The position numbers and the translations under genes are program-made. 64,000 bases of DNA from Dehalococcoidia bacterium (GTDB taxonomy: Bacteria > Chloroflexota > Dehalococcoidia > SM23-28-2 > RBG-16-64-32), in assembly GCA_034408935.1 (NCBI GenBank), contig DAOUMV010000014.1, positions 32,564 through 96,563 on the forward strand, given 5' to 3'. Under the pieces are notes generated by a model. It searched no databases. It saw only the letters and a program-made list of their open reading frames with translations, and was not told the DNA's origin. Of the stretch, positions 18,856-28,592 are shown piece by piece (position 1 is the stretch's first letter; each line of letters starts with the position of its first letter).

Positions 18856-20649
18856 ATGTACGCTTTACGACTGCTAACCTTCCTCCGCCCCTACACCAGG
18901 CGGGCGGCCTTGACGTTCTTCGCCGTCATCGGCGCCGCCGGCTTCGTCCTCGCCATCCCCCAACTCATCCGCTGGGCCATCAACTACGGCCTCGGCGCCA
19001 GGTTCGAAGGTGGGGAGATCATCACCGACGGCAACACCCAGACGCTGATTATCGCCTCCCTCGCTGTCATAGGCGCGGCCGCACTGCGAGGCGTCTTCAC
19101 CTTCCTCCAGACCTACCTCGGCGAGTGGGTCTCCCAGCGCGTCGCCTACGACGTGCGCAACCGCATCTACGACCGCCTCCAGCGCCTCTCCTACGCCTAC
19201 CACGACCGCCAGCAGACCGGCCAACTCATGTCCCGAGCCACCCAGGATGTCGAGGCCGTCCGCTGGTTCATCCACATGGGTGTCCTGCGAGCCGGATACA
19301 TCGTCCTCCTTCTCTCGGCCATCCTAGTCCTGATGGCGGTCACCAACTGGAAGCTCACCCTCGTCGCCTGGGCCTTCCTCCCCTTCATCGCCTGGCGATC
19401 TACCGTCATGGCCCTCAACCTGCGCCCCCTCTGGATGACTATACAGGAGGGCCTCGCCCGCCTCACCACCGTCCTCCAGGAGGCGCTGACCGGCGCCCGC
19501 GTCGTCAAGGCCTTCGCCCGGGAACGCTACGAAGGGCAAAAGTTCCGCCGTGAGGCCGAGGCCCTGTTCGCCGACTCCTACCGCTCCGGCCGCATCCAGG
19601 CCTTGAACTCCCCCATGATGACCGGCTTCTGGCTCGCCGCCATCGCCGCCACCCTCTGGTTCGGCGGCCGCGAGGTGGTCAACGGCAACCTCAACATCGG
19701 CGAGCTGACCTCCTTCCTCCTCTACCTCACTATCCTCAACATGCCGATGCGCATGCTGGGCTGGATCATCATGATAGCCTCCCGCGCCCAGGTGTCCGGC
19801 CAGCGCATCTTCGAGATCCTCGATGCCGAGTCGGCAGTCAAGGAGAAGCCCGACGCCGTCGAGCTCAAGGACGTTCGCGGTCACGTCCGCTTCCACGATG
19901 TCTCCTTCAGCTATGACTCCATCAGCCCCGTTCTCAGCCACGTAGACCTAGAGGCGAAGCCCGACCAGGTCATCGCCCTCATGGGGCCCACCGGCTCCGG
20001 CAAGACCACCATCGTCAACCTGATGCCCCGCTTCTACGACCTCACCGCAGGGAGCATCACCATCGATGACATCGACATCCGCGACGCCACCCTAGCCTCC
20101 CTGCGGCAGGCGATCGGCACCGTCCAGCAAGACGTGTTCCTGTTCTCCGCCACCATGCGCGACAACATCGCGTACGGTGCCGTCGGCGCCACCCAGGAGG
20201 AGGTCGAGGCCGCCGCCGAGGCCGCCCACGTTCACGACTTCATCGCCGCCCTCCCCGACGGCTACGACACCTGGGTCGGAGAGCGCGGGATCACCCTCTC
20301 CGGCGGCCAGAAGCAGCGCATCGCCATCGCCCGCACCCTCCTCAGGGACCCCCGCATCCTCATCCTCGACGACTCCACCTCCAGCGTGGACACTGAGACG
20401 GAATACCTCATCCAGCAGACTCTGGCCGAACTCATGAAGGGGCGCACCACCTTCGTCATCGCCCAGCGCCTGCGCACCGTTAAGATGGCCGACCAGATCC
20501 TCGTCCTCCGCGACGGGGAGATCGTCGAGCGTGGCAGCCACCAGCAGCTCCTGCGCAGGGGCGGCCTCTACCGCCAGATATACGACCTGGAGCTGCGCGA
20601 GCAAGAGGAGGCGCTGGAGCGGGCGCCAGTTGCGGCGGCGGGAGGATAG
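18856..20649 (+). CDS. ABC transporter ATP-binding/permease protein (type I exporter half-transporter)
   Basis: 597 aa. Six-TM N-terminal domain then Walker A GPTGSGKTT, LSGGQKQRIAIAR signature, and ILILDDSTS Walker B. Confidence 0.9.
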   Translation: MYALRLLTFLRPYTRRAALTFFAVIGAAGFVLAIPQLIRWAINYGLGARFEGGEIITDGNTQTLIIASLAVIGAAALRGVFTFLQTYLGEWVSQRVAYDVRNRIYDRLQRLSYAYHDRQQTGQLMSRATQDVEAVRWFIHMGVLRAGYIVLLLSAILVLMAVTNWKLTLVAWAFLPFIAWRSTVMALNLRPLWMTIQEGLARLTTVLQEALTGARVVKAFARERYEGQKFRREAEALFADSYRSGRIQALNSPMMTGFWLAAIAATLWFGGREVVNGNLNIGELTSFLLYLTILNMPMRMLGWIIMIASRAQVSGQRIFEILDAESAVKEKPDAVELKDVRGHVRFHDVSFSYDSISPVLSHVDLEAKPDQVIALMGPTGSGKTTIVNLMPRFYDLTAGSITIDDIDIRDATLASLRQAIGTVQQDVFLFSATMRDNIAYGAVGATQEEVEAAAEAAHVHDFIAALPDGYDTWVGERGITLSGGQKQRIAIARTLLRDPRILILDDSTSSVDTETEYLIQQTLAELMKGRTTFVIAQRLRTVKMADQILVLRDGEIVERGSHQQLLRRGGLYRQIYDLELREQEEALERAPVAAAGG

Positions 20650-20651
20650 CG

Positions 20652-22589
20652 ATGGCTTTCTGGGGCGGAGGCACCGCCGGCGGCTGGAGCCACACTCACT
20701 ATCCCAGCGGGAGAGGCCCCGGCGGCGCCCTCAAACGAAGCGCCGACGGCTGGGACGACGAGGAGTTGGGCCGGCTGTACGACCATTCCGTGATGGTGCG
20801 GCTGCTGCCCTACCTCAAGCCTTACCGCCGGCGCGTGGCCCTGGCCGTCCTCGGCATGCTGGTCTTCGCCGCCGCTACCAACAGCCAGCCCTTCCTCATC
20901 GGTCTCGCCATCGATAGGTTCCTGCCGACCGGGGATCTCGCCGGCCTCAACGCCGTGGGCGGCGCCCTCATCGCCCTCGCCCTCCTGGCCTGGGCCGGCC
21001 AGTCCCTCCAGCAGATGTCCACCGCCTACGTGGGCCACAATATCCTCCTCACCCTCCGCACCCAGATGTTCGATCACATCCAGAAGCTCTCCCTCGGCTT
21101 CCTGGACCGCAACGAGACGGGCCGCGTCATGTCCCGTGTCCAGAACGACGTCACCGTCCTCCAGGAGCTCCTCACCACCGGCCTCCTCACCATCTTCGCC
21201 GACTTCGCCGGTCTGGGGCTTGTCATCTTCTTCCTCTTCTACCAAGACGTCCAGTTGGCCCTCATCACCTTCACCGTGGTGCCCGCCCTCATACTGGGCA
21301 TGGCCCTCTGGCAGACCCGCGCCCGCCTCGCCTTCGTCCGCGCCCGCCAGGCCATAGCCGTCGTCAACGCCAACCTTCAGGAGAACGTCTCCGGCGTCCG
21401 TGTCGTCCAGAGCCTATCGCGGGAGCAAGAGAACATCCGCCGCTTCGACCAGGTGAACGCTGACAACTGGAGCGCCAACGTGCAGGCCGGCCGTCTCACC
21501 GCCGCAGTGATGCCCCTGGTGGAACTCCTAGTAGCCACCGCCACCGCCCTCGTCGTCATCTTCGGCGGCTTGCGAGTCCTGGACGGCTCCCTCGGTATCG
21601 GCGTCGTCATCGCCTTCGCACTCTACGTCCAGCGCTTCTTCGACCCCGTCCGCGACCTCGTCCTCCAGTACACGCAGCTTCAGCGGGCCATGGCCGGCGG
21701 TCAGCGCATCTTCGAGGTGCTGGACACCAAGCCCGAGATCGTGGACGCCCCCGATGCCCTGGACCTCCCCGATATCCGCGGCCAGGTCACCTTCGACCAC
21801 GTCCACTTCGAGTACGTTCCCGGCGTCGAGGTCCTGCACGACATCGACCTCAAAGTGCGCCCCGGCGAGACCGTCGCCATCGTCGGCCCCACCGGCGCCG
21901 GCAAGAGCACCCTCACCTCCCTCGTTGCCCGCTTCTACGACGTCACCACGGGCCGCCTCCTCATCGACGGCAGCGACGTCCGGCAGGTGAAGCGGGAATC
22001 GCTGGCGCGGCGGCTCGGCATCGTCCTCCAGGACCCCTTCCTCTTCTCCGGCAGCGTCCGCGAGAACATCCGCTACGGTCGCCTGGAAGCCAGAGACGAG
22101 GAGATCGTGGAGGCGGCGCGCGCCGTCGGCGCCCACGGCTTCATCAAGCGCCTGCCCCAAGGCTACGACACCGTCCTCCACGAGCGCGGCCAGAACCTCT
22201 CCCAGGGCCAGCGCCAGCTTATCGCCTTCGCCCGCGCCGTCCTGGCCGACCCCCGCATCCTCATCCTGGACGAGGCCACCGCGAACGTCGACACCCGCAC
22301 GGAGGTCGTGATCCAGCGCGCCCTCAAACGTCTGCTCAAAGGGCGCACCTCCTTCGTCATCGCCCACCGGTTGTCCACCGTCCGCGGGGCCAACCGCGTG
22401 GTGGTTCTGGACGAGGGCCGCGTCGCGGAGAGCGGCACTCACCGCCAACTGCTGGCGCGCGACGGCCTGTACGCCCGCCTCTACCGCATGACCTACGAGC
22501 AAACCCCTTCGACAGGCTCAGGGCAGGCACCCCCCGGCGACGATGGCCGTCGGGCTTTGCCCTCCCCCCGTCCGCTGCCCGCGGGCTAG
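20652..22589 (+). CDS. ABC transporter ATP-binding/permease protein (partner half-transporter)
   Basis: 645 aa. GPTGAGKST, LSQGQRQLIAFAR, ILILDEAT. Start uncertain; it may begin at the internal MVRLLPYLKPYRR. Immediately downstream of its partner, so a likely heterodimeric exporter. Confidence 0.85.
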   Translation: MAFWGGGTAGGWSHTHYPSGRGPGGALKRSADGWDDEELGRLYDHSVMVRLLPYLKPYRRRVALAVLGMLVFAAATNSQPFLIGLAIDRFLPTGDLAGLNAVGGALIALALLAWAGQSLQQMSTAYVGHNILLTLRTQMFDHIQKLSLGFLDRNETGRVMSRVQNDVTVLQELLTTGLLTIFADFAGLGLVIFFLFYQDVQLALITFTVVPALILGMALWQTRARLAFVRARQAIAVVNANLQENVSGVRVVQSLSREQENIRRFDQVNADNWSANVQAGRLTAAVMPLVELLVATATALVVIFGGLRVLDGSLGIGVVIAFALYVQRFFDPVRDLVLQYTQLQRAMAGGQRIFEVLDTKPEIVDAPDALDLPDIRGQVTFDHVHFEYVPGVEVLHDIDLKVRPGETVAIVGPTGAGKSTLTSLVARFYDVTTGRLLIDGSDVRQVKRESLARRLGIVLQDPFLFSGSVRENIRYGRLEARDEEIVEAARAVGAHGFIKRLPQGYDTVLHERGQNLSQGQRQLIAFARAVLADPRILILDEATANVDTRTEVVIQRALKRLLKGRTSFVIAHRLSTVRGANRVVVLDEGRVAESGTHRQLLARDGLYARLYRMTYEQTPSTGSGQAPPGDDGRRALPSPRPLPAG

Positions 22590-22630
22590 GGGGACTGGGC
22601 ATCTCCACTTGGCAAAGCCCTGATTCCCTT

Positions 22631-22678
22631 TCGGATTCCGAAAAAGCGCTTGACGCAATACGGAAGATTCCGTAGACT
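22631..22678 (+). promoter_or_regulatory. sigma70-like promoter (TTGACG-17-TAGACT) with two CGGAnnTTCCG-type palindromes
   Basis: AT-richer island before the 22752 gene. -35 ttgacg 22650-22655, -10 tagact 22673-22678. Palindromes tcggattccga (22631-22641) and cggaagattccg (22661-22672, inside the spacer) are candidate operator sites. Confidence 0.4.
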
Positions 22679-22751
22679 TTTAGATTACACCCCCTAGTCT
22701 CCGCGTGGAATTTATTTCGTATCAGCGAATCTTAAGCCAAGGGAGGACAAC

Positions 22752-23555
22752 ATGCGTAAGCTCACAATAGCGGCGTTACCGGTCGTGGCCGTCCTCGCCA
22801 TCGCCCTGATGATGAGCGGCGGCTTGTCATCGACAGCGCATGCTGCGACTTCGTGCGTCCCAGTCTATGAAGGATGGGTCTGCCTCACCCTGGAGCCGGA
22901 CACCGCCTCCAACCCCGTGGGAACGGACCACACCGTCACGGCGACCCTCACGGGGGGTCCTAGCGAGGCCGAACAGTACGCCTACCTGGATCAGTACATC
23001 GACTTCTCGGTTATGGCCGGCCCCAATGTCGGCGCCATGGAAACGTGTGACCCGGCTGACTGCAAAACGAATGGCGAGGGCAAGGTGACCTTCACCTACA
23101 CAGACGCCGCTGGCGTCGTCGGCGTCTCCGACATAATCCTGGGCTGTCACACCCCGCTGGACTTTGCGACCGGCCAGCTTTCGGTGAGAGAGATACCGGA
23201 GATCTGCGTCGAAGTCCAGAAGGACTGGTTTGAGCCCACGCCTACGCCCACACCCACACCCACATCCACTCCGACGCCGACACCGACACTGACACCCACC
23301 CCCACACCCCCACCCCCACCTGCAGCGACGCCCACGCCCACGCCTACAACCACTCCGGTCGTTCTGCCTGCGGTGCAAACACCCACGCCGACGCCCACGT
23401 CCACGCCCACTCCCGCGGTACTGCCAGTGACCGGCGGCGCGCCCTCCGACGGCAGCTCCAGCGGCCTGACCTGGCTGGCCACCATCGCCGGCGCCATCGC
23501 GGTCATGAGCGCTGGCGGCCTCTGGTTCGCCCACCAGCGAAGGCGCGTCCGATAG
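22752..23555 (+). CDS. LPXTG-anchored cell-surface protein with bacterial Ig-like (Big_1-like) domain and PT-rich linker
   Basis: Signal peptide MRKLTIAALPVVAVLAIALMM...AHA. Big-like TDHTVTATLTGG...VTFTYTD region. (TP)n linker. C-terminal LPVTGG + hydrophobic segment + RRRVR is a sortase sorting signal. SD AAGGGAGG. Confidence 0.75.
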   Translation: MRKLTIAALPVVAVLAIALMMSGGLSSTAHAATSCVPVYEGWVCLTLEPDTASNPVGTDHTVTATLTGGPSEAEQYAYLDQYIDFSVMAGPNVGAMETCDPADCKTNGEGKVTFTYTDAAGVVGVSDIILGCHTPLDFATGQLSVREIPEICVEVQKDWFEPTPTPTPTPTSTPTPTPTLTPTPTPPPPPAATPTPTPTTTPVVLPAVQTPTPTPTSTPTPAVLPVTGGAPSDGSSSGLTWLATIAGAIAVMSAGGLWFAHQRRRVR

Positions 23556-23576
23556 CCTTACTGCCTCGAACCCCAA

Positions 23577-23614
23577 GAGGGGGGACGGCCTGAGCCGTCC
23601 CCCCTCTCGTTTTT
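23577..23614 (+). terminator. rho-independent terminator
   Basis: gaggggggacggcc-tgag-ccgtcccccctc 12-bp GC stem followed by tctcgttttt. Confidence 0.6.
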
Positions 23615-23767
23615 CCGATAGGCGAGGCGCGCAGCCAGCCGTGCCCTCCCCACGTCCGCTACTAGCCAGCGACGACCACTGGGTGGCCCCTGCCAAGGCT
23701 TCGCTCACCAACAGCACAGCCACACCTGTTTTCCCCTCGCTCGGCTGAGTTCTCCCGCAGCACCCCC

Positions 23768-23826
23768 TTGACACAGACCCTCCGGTGGTGTAAATACATA
23801 TTAATCTGTAACAAGTGCCTTGTTAC
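23768..23826 (+). promoter_or_regulatory. sigma70-like promoter (TTGACA-17-TAAATA) followed by 8-bp perfect inverted repeat GTAACAAG-tgc-CTTGTTAC in the leader
   Basis: Read directly. The IR at 23808-23826 sits between the predicted TSS and the SD of the 23847 gene. Confidence 0.4.
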
Positions 23827-23846
23827 TACCAATAGGAAGGTCATCA

Positions 23847-24671
23847 ATGTTTCCTGCTCTAAAATTCCCTGCGTTTGCCGGGCTAGGCCTGTTGGCCGCT
23901 GTCCTGGCCGTCGGCCTGGTGATCAGCGGCACCGCTCACGCCGGGATATCTGACCCGCACTGCGTCAACCCGGATATCGAAGTGTGCATCGTCCTGCACC
24001 CGGAGACCGACTCCAACGAAGTGGGTACCAACCACACCGCCACCGCCACCGTCACCGGGGCCGCAGCGGGCACGCAGGTCACCTTCGAGGTCACCAATGG
24101 GCCCAACTTGGGGGACACCGGCACGGGCGCCATCGACGCCAGCGGTCAGGCCACCTTCACCTACACCGGCGACGGCGGCGCCGGCACCGACACCATCCAG
24201 GCCTGCGTCCCGGTACCCGCTCCTGCACCTACACCGACACCCACGTCTACACCTACGGCCACGCCTACAGGTACAGCCACACCCACGCCTACAGCCACGC
24301 CCACGCCTACAGCCACGCCCACGCCCACGCCTACGGCCACACCCACGCCTACACCGACGCCCACGCCTACACCCACGCCTACCGAAATGCCTCAGTTTTC
24401 TCGGCTACCAATAGCGCCCGGGGAGGCAGCAGTAGCAGCGATAGGAGATCTGCCAGGGGCGGCGCAAGCCCAGCAGCCAGCGCAGGCACAGGAAGAGGTC
24501 TGCGACACGGCCATCAAGGTCTGGACGCCGGCCACTCTCCCGGTGACCGGCGGCGCGCCCTCTGACGGCAGCTCCAGCGGCCTGACCTGGCTGGCTACCA
24601 TCGCCGGCGCCATCGCGGTCATGAGCGCTAGCGGCCTCTGGTTCGCCCACCAGCGAAGACACGTCCGATAG
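23847..24671 (+). CDS. LPXTG-anchored cell-surface protein, paralog (Big_1-like domain + long PT linker)
   Basis: Start set at MFPALKFPAFAGLGLLAAVLAV (ATG 23847, SD AGGAAGG). VTFEVTNGPN...ATFTYTGDG Big-like domain. (TPTP)n linker. The C-terminal 45 aa incl. LPVTGG...RRHVR is nearly identical to the first paralog at DNA level. Confidence 0.75.
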   Translation: MFPALKFPAFAGLGLLAAVLAVGLVISGTAHAGISDPHCVNPDIEVCIVLHPETDSNEVGTNHTATATVTGAAAGTQVTFEVTNGPNLGDTGTGAIDASGQATFTYTGDGGAGTDTIQACVPVPAPAPTPTPTSTPTATPTGTATPTPTATPTPTATPTPTPTATPTPTPTPTPTPTPTEMPQFSRLPIAPGEAAVAAIGDLPGAAQAQQPAQAQEEVCDTAIKVWTPATLPVTGGAPSDGSSSGLTWLATIAGAIAVMSASGLWFAHQRRHVR

Positions 24672-24692
24672 CCTTACCGCCTCGAACCTCAA

Positions 24693-24728
24693 GAGAGGGA
24701 CGGCCTGAGCCGTCCCCCCTCTCGTTTT
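24693..24728 (+). terminator. rho-independent terminator (duplicate of 23577-23614)
   Basis: gagggacggcctgagccgtcccccctctcgtttt. The same 3' cassette (last ~130 nt of CDS plus terminator) is duplicated behind both LPXTG genes. Confidence 0.55.
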
Positions 24729-24863
24729 CCAGATACGGGAGTCGCCCGGCGCGCCGCCCCCTTCCGGAGACGGCTGTTAGGCTTCCCTCCATCGAGCCCT
24801 TGACAGAACGCCAATGTATGTTGTAGAAGGTGCGCGGCGCCTATCCCACGCAAGGGGCGGGAG

Positions 24864-27329
24864 ATGAAGAATCCCTTCACGAGACCGGTCGCTGGCCCCC
24901 TCCTACTGCTCGCCGCCTCCCTGGCGACGTTGGCGATCGTGGCCCTTGCCGTCGGCCTGGCCACCGTCCGCGCCCATACCAGCGGCCCCAGCGCTTCCGG
25001 CTACGTCTGGGTGGACAACAACGCGCCCGACCCCGTCATCACCTTCGACTGGGTGGACGCTACCGGCGGGACGGCGGTGGTGAACTTCGTCGACGACCAG
25101 GGCAGCCCCAACGACGACGACGGTACGGTGACGTTGCCCCTGCCCTTCACTTTCAGCTTCTTCGGCACTGACTACACGGAGCTGGACATCGGCACCAACG
25201 GCCTCCTCAGCTTCGACATCGGCAACGCCTGCAACCGTCAATATAACTGGAACCACTTCCCCATCCCACACGACGACGCCGACTGCATCGCCGACGGCTG
25301 GGGCGGCAACCCCCTCATCGCCTCCTGGTTCGACGACCTCAACCCCGGTGAGTGCGGCGACATCTACTACGACACCATCGGCAGCGCTCCCAACCGCAGG
25401 TTCGTCGTCCAGTTCCACGACGTCTGCCACTTCCACTCCCAACCCGGCGAAGGCGTCACCTTCGAGACCATCCTCTTCGAGGGCTCCAGCGACATCAAGG
25501 TTCAGTACCTGGACGCCTTCTTCGGCACCGGCACTTCGGACATCCAGGAGGGGAACTACGGCGGCACGGCCACCACAGGGATCAGCCTGGACGGCTCCGC
25601 CGGCCTCCAGTACTCCTACAACGCCCCCGCCCTCACCGATGGCTTGGCCGTCCTCTTCACCACCCAGCAGCCTACAGCCTCGCGCACACCCACTCCCACG
25701 TCTACGCCTGCAGCGGTGCCCACACCGACGCCCACCGCTTCGCCGACGCCGATGGCCACGCCGACGCCCACCGTCCTGCCGGCGATAGCCGCGCCGGAGC
25801 CCAGCCTTGGCTACTGGCTCGCCGCCTCAGACGGCGGCACTTTCGCCTTCGGGGATGCCCTCTTCTTCGGCTCCACGGGCGCCATCTCCCTCAACCAGCC
25901 GGTCGTAGGCATGGCAGCCACCCCGAGTGGCAACGGCTACTGGCTCGTCGCCTCTGACGGGGGCATCTTCACCTTCGGCGACGCCGCTTTCCACGGTTCC
26001 ACGGGGAACATCCCCCTCAACCAGCCCATCGTCAGCATGGCCGCTACCCCAACCGGCAACGGCTACTGGCTCGTCGCCTCCGATGGCGGCATCTTCACCT
26101 ACGGCGATGCCGCTTTCCACGGCTCCACGGGCGCCATCGCCCTCAACCAGCCGATAGTGGGCATGGCAGCCACCCCAAGCGGCAACGGCTACTGGCTGGA
26201 GGCCTCCGACGGCGGCATCTTCACCTACGGCGATGCCGGCTTCTTCGGCTCCACGGGGGACATCCCCATCAACGCGCCCATCGTCGGTATGGCGGCCACC
26301 CCAACCGGCAACGGCTACTGGCTCGTCGCCTCTGACGGGGGCATCTTCGCTTTCGGCGATGCCGGCTTCCACGGCTCCACGGGCAACATCCCCCTCAACC
26401 AGCCCATCGTGGGGATGGCCGCCACCCTAAGCGGCAACGGCTACTGGCTCGTCGCCTCTGACGGGGGCATCTTCACCTACGGCGATGTCGGTTTCTTCGG
26501 CTCCACGGGCAACATTCCCCTCAACCAGCCGATAGTGGGCATGGCGGCCACCCCGAGCGGCAACGGCTACTGGCTGGTGGCCTCCGACGGGGGCATCTTC
26601 TCTGCAGCTGCTCCTGAACCCGGCGGCACAATCTGGAGGCCAGCCTTGAACACAAGCTGGCAATGGCAGCTTACGGGGACTTTGGACACCTCAGTCGACG
26701 TCGAGATGTACGACATAGACCTATTCGACAACGATGCAAGCGTGGTCGCTTCTCTCCACGCTCAAGGCCGCAGGGTCGTCTGCTACATTAGCGCAGGCTC
26801 TTGGGAGGATTGGCGACCCGACGCAGATCAATTCCCTGGATCGGTCAAGGGCAGAAGCAACGGCTGGCCCGGCGAGAGGTGGCTGGACATACGGCGGCTG
26901 GACATCCTCGGGCCAATCATGGAGGCACGGATGGACCTGTGCGCGCAAAAGGGCTTCGACGGCGTCGAGTTTGACAACGTGGACGGGTACAGCGGCAACA
27001 CCGGCTTTCCACTGACATACCAGGACCAGCTCACCTACAACAGATGGCTAGCTGGGGCAGCCCACGCGCGAGGCCTCTCCGTGGGTTTGAAGAACGATGT
27101 GGAGCAGGTGGTCGACCTGCTGCCGTTCTTCGACTGGGCGCTGAGCGAAGAGTGCTTCTCGTACAACGAGTGCAATGCTCTATTGCCCTTCATCCAGGCA
27201 GGGAAGGCCGTATTCGTGGTTGAGTACGATCTCTCAACCAGCCAGTTCTGTCCCCAGGCGAACGCCATGAATTTCAACGCGATGCGAAAGCACCTCGATC
27301 TGGACGCCTATCGAGAGCCGTGCAGGTAG
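24864..27329 (+). CDS. secreted multidomain protein: unknown N-terminal domain + PT linker + 7 x ~41-aa repeats (GYWLVASDGGIFxFGDAxFxGSTG...) + C-terminal GH114 (endo-alpha-1,4-polygalactosaminidase-like) domain
   Basis: SD AAGGGGCGGGAG. Signal peptide. The C-terminal ~230 aa read DIDLFD...RVVCYISAGSWEDWRPDADQFP...WPGERWLDIRR...GFDGVEFDNVDGY, matching the GH114/TIM-barrel (PelA-hydrolase/Ega3-like) family as recalled. The repeat array is the same family as in 5690-6964. Confidence 0.75.
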   Translation: MKNPFTRPVAGPLLLLAASLATLAIVALAVGLATVRAHTSGPSASGYVWVDNNAPDPVITFDWVDATGGTAVVNFVDDQGSPNDDDGTVTLPLPFTFSFFGTDYTELDIGTNGLLSFDIGNACNRQYNWNHFPIPHDDADCIADGWGGNPLIASWFDDLNPGECGDIYYDTIGSAPNRRFVVQFHDVCHFHSQPGEGVTFETILFEGSSDIKVQYLDAFFGTGTSDIQEGNYGGTATTGISLDGSAGLQYSYNAPALTDGLAVLFTTQQPTASRTPTPTSTPAAVPTPTPTASPTPMATPTPTVLPAIAAPEPSLGYWLAASDGGTFAFGDALFFGSTGAISLNQPVVGMAATPSGNGYWLVASDGGIFTFGDAAFHGSTGNIPLNQPIVSMAATPTGNGYWLVASDGGIFTYGDAAFHGSTGAIALNQPIVGMAATPSGNGYWLEASDGGIFTYGDAGFFGSTGDIPINAPIVGMAATPTGNGYWLVASDGGIFAFGDAGFHGSTGNIPLNQPIVGMAATLSGNGYWLVASDGGIFTYGDVGFFGSTGNIPLNQPIVGMAATPSGNGYWLVASDGGIFSAAAPEPGGTIWRPALNTSWQWQLTGTLDTSVDVEMYDIDLFDNDASVVASLHAQGRRVVCYISAGSWEDWRPDADQFPGSVKGRSNGWPGERWLDIRRLDILGPIMEARMDLCAQKGFDGVEFDNVDGYSGNTGFPLTYQDQLTYNRWLAGAAHARGLSVGLKNDVEQVVDLLPFFDWALSEECFSYNECNALLPFIQAGKAVFVVEYDLSTSQFCPQANAMNFNAMRKHLDLDAYREPCR

Positions 27330-27516
27330 TCGATTAGACGCAGACGTACCAGACGTCGAGAATCAGGGAGCAGTGAGTCGCGGGCCACCACGTCCGCACC
27401 TGAGGCGAATGGTTGGCACCCACCGGCGGCGAACCTAGTTCCGGCGCTGGCACGCCATCCCGCCCTTGCCGTACACTAGACGCGTCGAGCGTCCCGAGCA
27501 GGCAGGGAGGTTCCCC

Positions 27517-27975
27517 ATGGACGAGCCCCGCTTCGAGCTGCTCTACGACATGAAGGTCGATCTGGAGCCGCCCCAGATGATCGGCCAGACGCCCCAGGGC
27601 AACCGCCAGGTCTTCTACGTCCGCTCCGGCACCTTCGAGGGGCCGCGCATCAAGGGCGAGGTACTCCCCGGCGGCGGCGACTGGTTTCTCCTCCGCCCCG
27701 ATTACGTTGGCGAGCTTGACGTCCGCGGCACCCTTAAGACCAACGACGGCGCTCTCATCTACGTCACCTACCGGGGAATATTCTCCGCTTCCCAGGAGGC
27801 GTGGGAGGAGATCTACAACGGCGAGCCAGTGGACCGCGACAGATACTACTTCTACACCGCCCCCGTCTTCCAGACCAGCGCGTCCGATTACCTCTGGCTG
27901 AACCGGCTCCTGGCTGTCGGCATCGGCTCTCCCGTCCCCGGCGGCGTCTCCTATCGCGTCTTCGCCCTCGTATAG
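27517..27975 (+). CDS. DUF3237 family protein
   Basis: Start MDEPRFELLYDMKVDLEPPQMIGQTPQGNRQVFYVRSGTFEGPRIKGEVLPGGGDWFLLRPD follows the DUF3237 pattern. SD GGGAGG. Confidence 0.6.
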   Translation: MDEPRFELLYDMKVDLEPPQMIGQTPQGNRQVFYVRSGTFEGPRIKGEVLPGGGDWFLLRPDYVGELDVRGTLKTNDGALIYVTYRGIFSASQEAWEEIYNGEPVDRDRYYFYTAPVFQTSASDYLWLNRLLAVGIGSPVPGGVSYRVFALV

Positions 27976-28043
27976 CGCAGGCCAGACCGCTGGGCGGGCC
28001 TCAATTCGGTAGGACACGCTTGAGGCTGCCCCCAACAGCGCTC

Positions 28044-28499
28044 TCACAGATCCAGCGAGTAGCCGTAGTGCGTGCGCTTCCAACCCAGCCGGCTGTAGAA
28101 GCGGTGCGCCCCCGTTCGGGCCAGGTTGGACGTGAGGGTCAACTTGTAGCACCCCGCCTCCCGGGCCACCTCGGCCGCTGCCCGCATCAGGGCGGCGCCA
28201 ACACCCCTGCGGCGGTACGCGGGGTCCACCACCACCGCCTCCACCACCGCCGAGCGTGACAGGCTGCGGCCGATGTGCCGCAGCACCATCACGTGCGCCG
28301 AACCCACGAGCCGACCCCCGTCCTCGGCGACCAGCAACCGCTGGTCTCCGTCGGCCAGGATCACCTCGTACAGCGCGCGGATGTCGCGCTCGCCGGCGTG
28401 GCCGCGGCCCCGGTACATGCTCTCGTCCATCTGGTCCAGCAACCGCAGCAGGGCCGCGAAATCGTCCGTCTTGGCTTCGCGTACCCTCATCAATGGCAT
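28044..28499 (-). CDS. GNAT family N-acetyltransferase
   Basis: 151 aa. VVVDPAYRRRGVGAALMRAA...GCYKLTLTS motif A/B. Confidence 0.75.
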   Translation of the reverse strand: MPLMRVREAKTDDFAALLRLLDQMDESMYRGRGHAGERDIRALYEVILADGDQRLLVAEDGGRLVGSAHVMVLRHIGRSLSRSAVVEAVVVDPAYRRRGVGAALMRAAAEVAREAGCYKLTLTSNLARTGAHRFYSRLGWKRTHYGYSLDL

Positions 28500-28592
28500 G
28501 CGCGCAGGGCGGGGTCAGGCTTGCGGCTCCATGGCGCCACTATTCTACGCCATCCGCGCTCTCGCCGCGTAGGGCCTCCTCCGCCCTCCACA

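Noticed and set aside
23220-24400. short-period DNA repeats (ccacgcccacgcctaca...) that could resemble a CRISPR array or microsatellite
   Set aside because: They lie inside the CDSs and encode (Thr-Pro)n linkers. Period is 6-12 bp with no spacer/repeat architecture and no cas genes, so not CRISPR.
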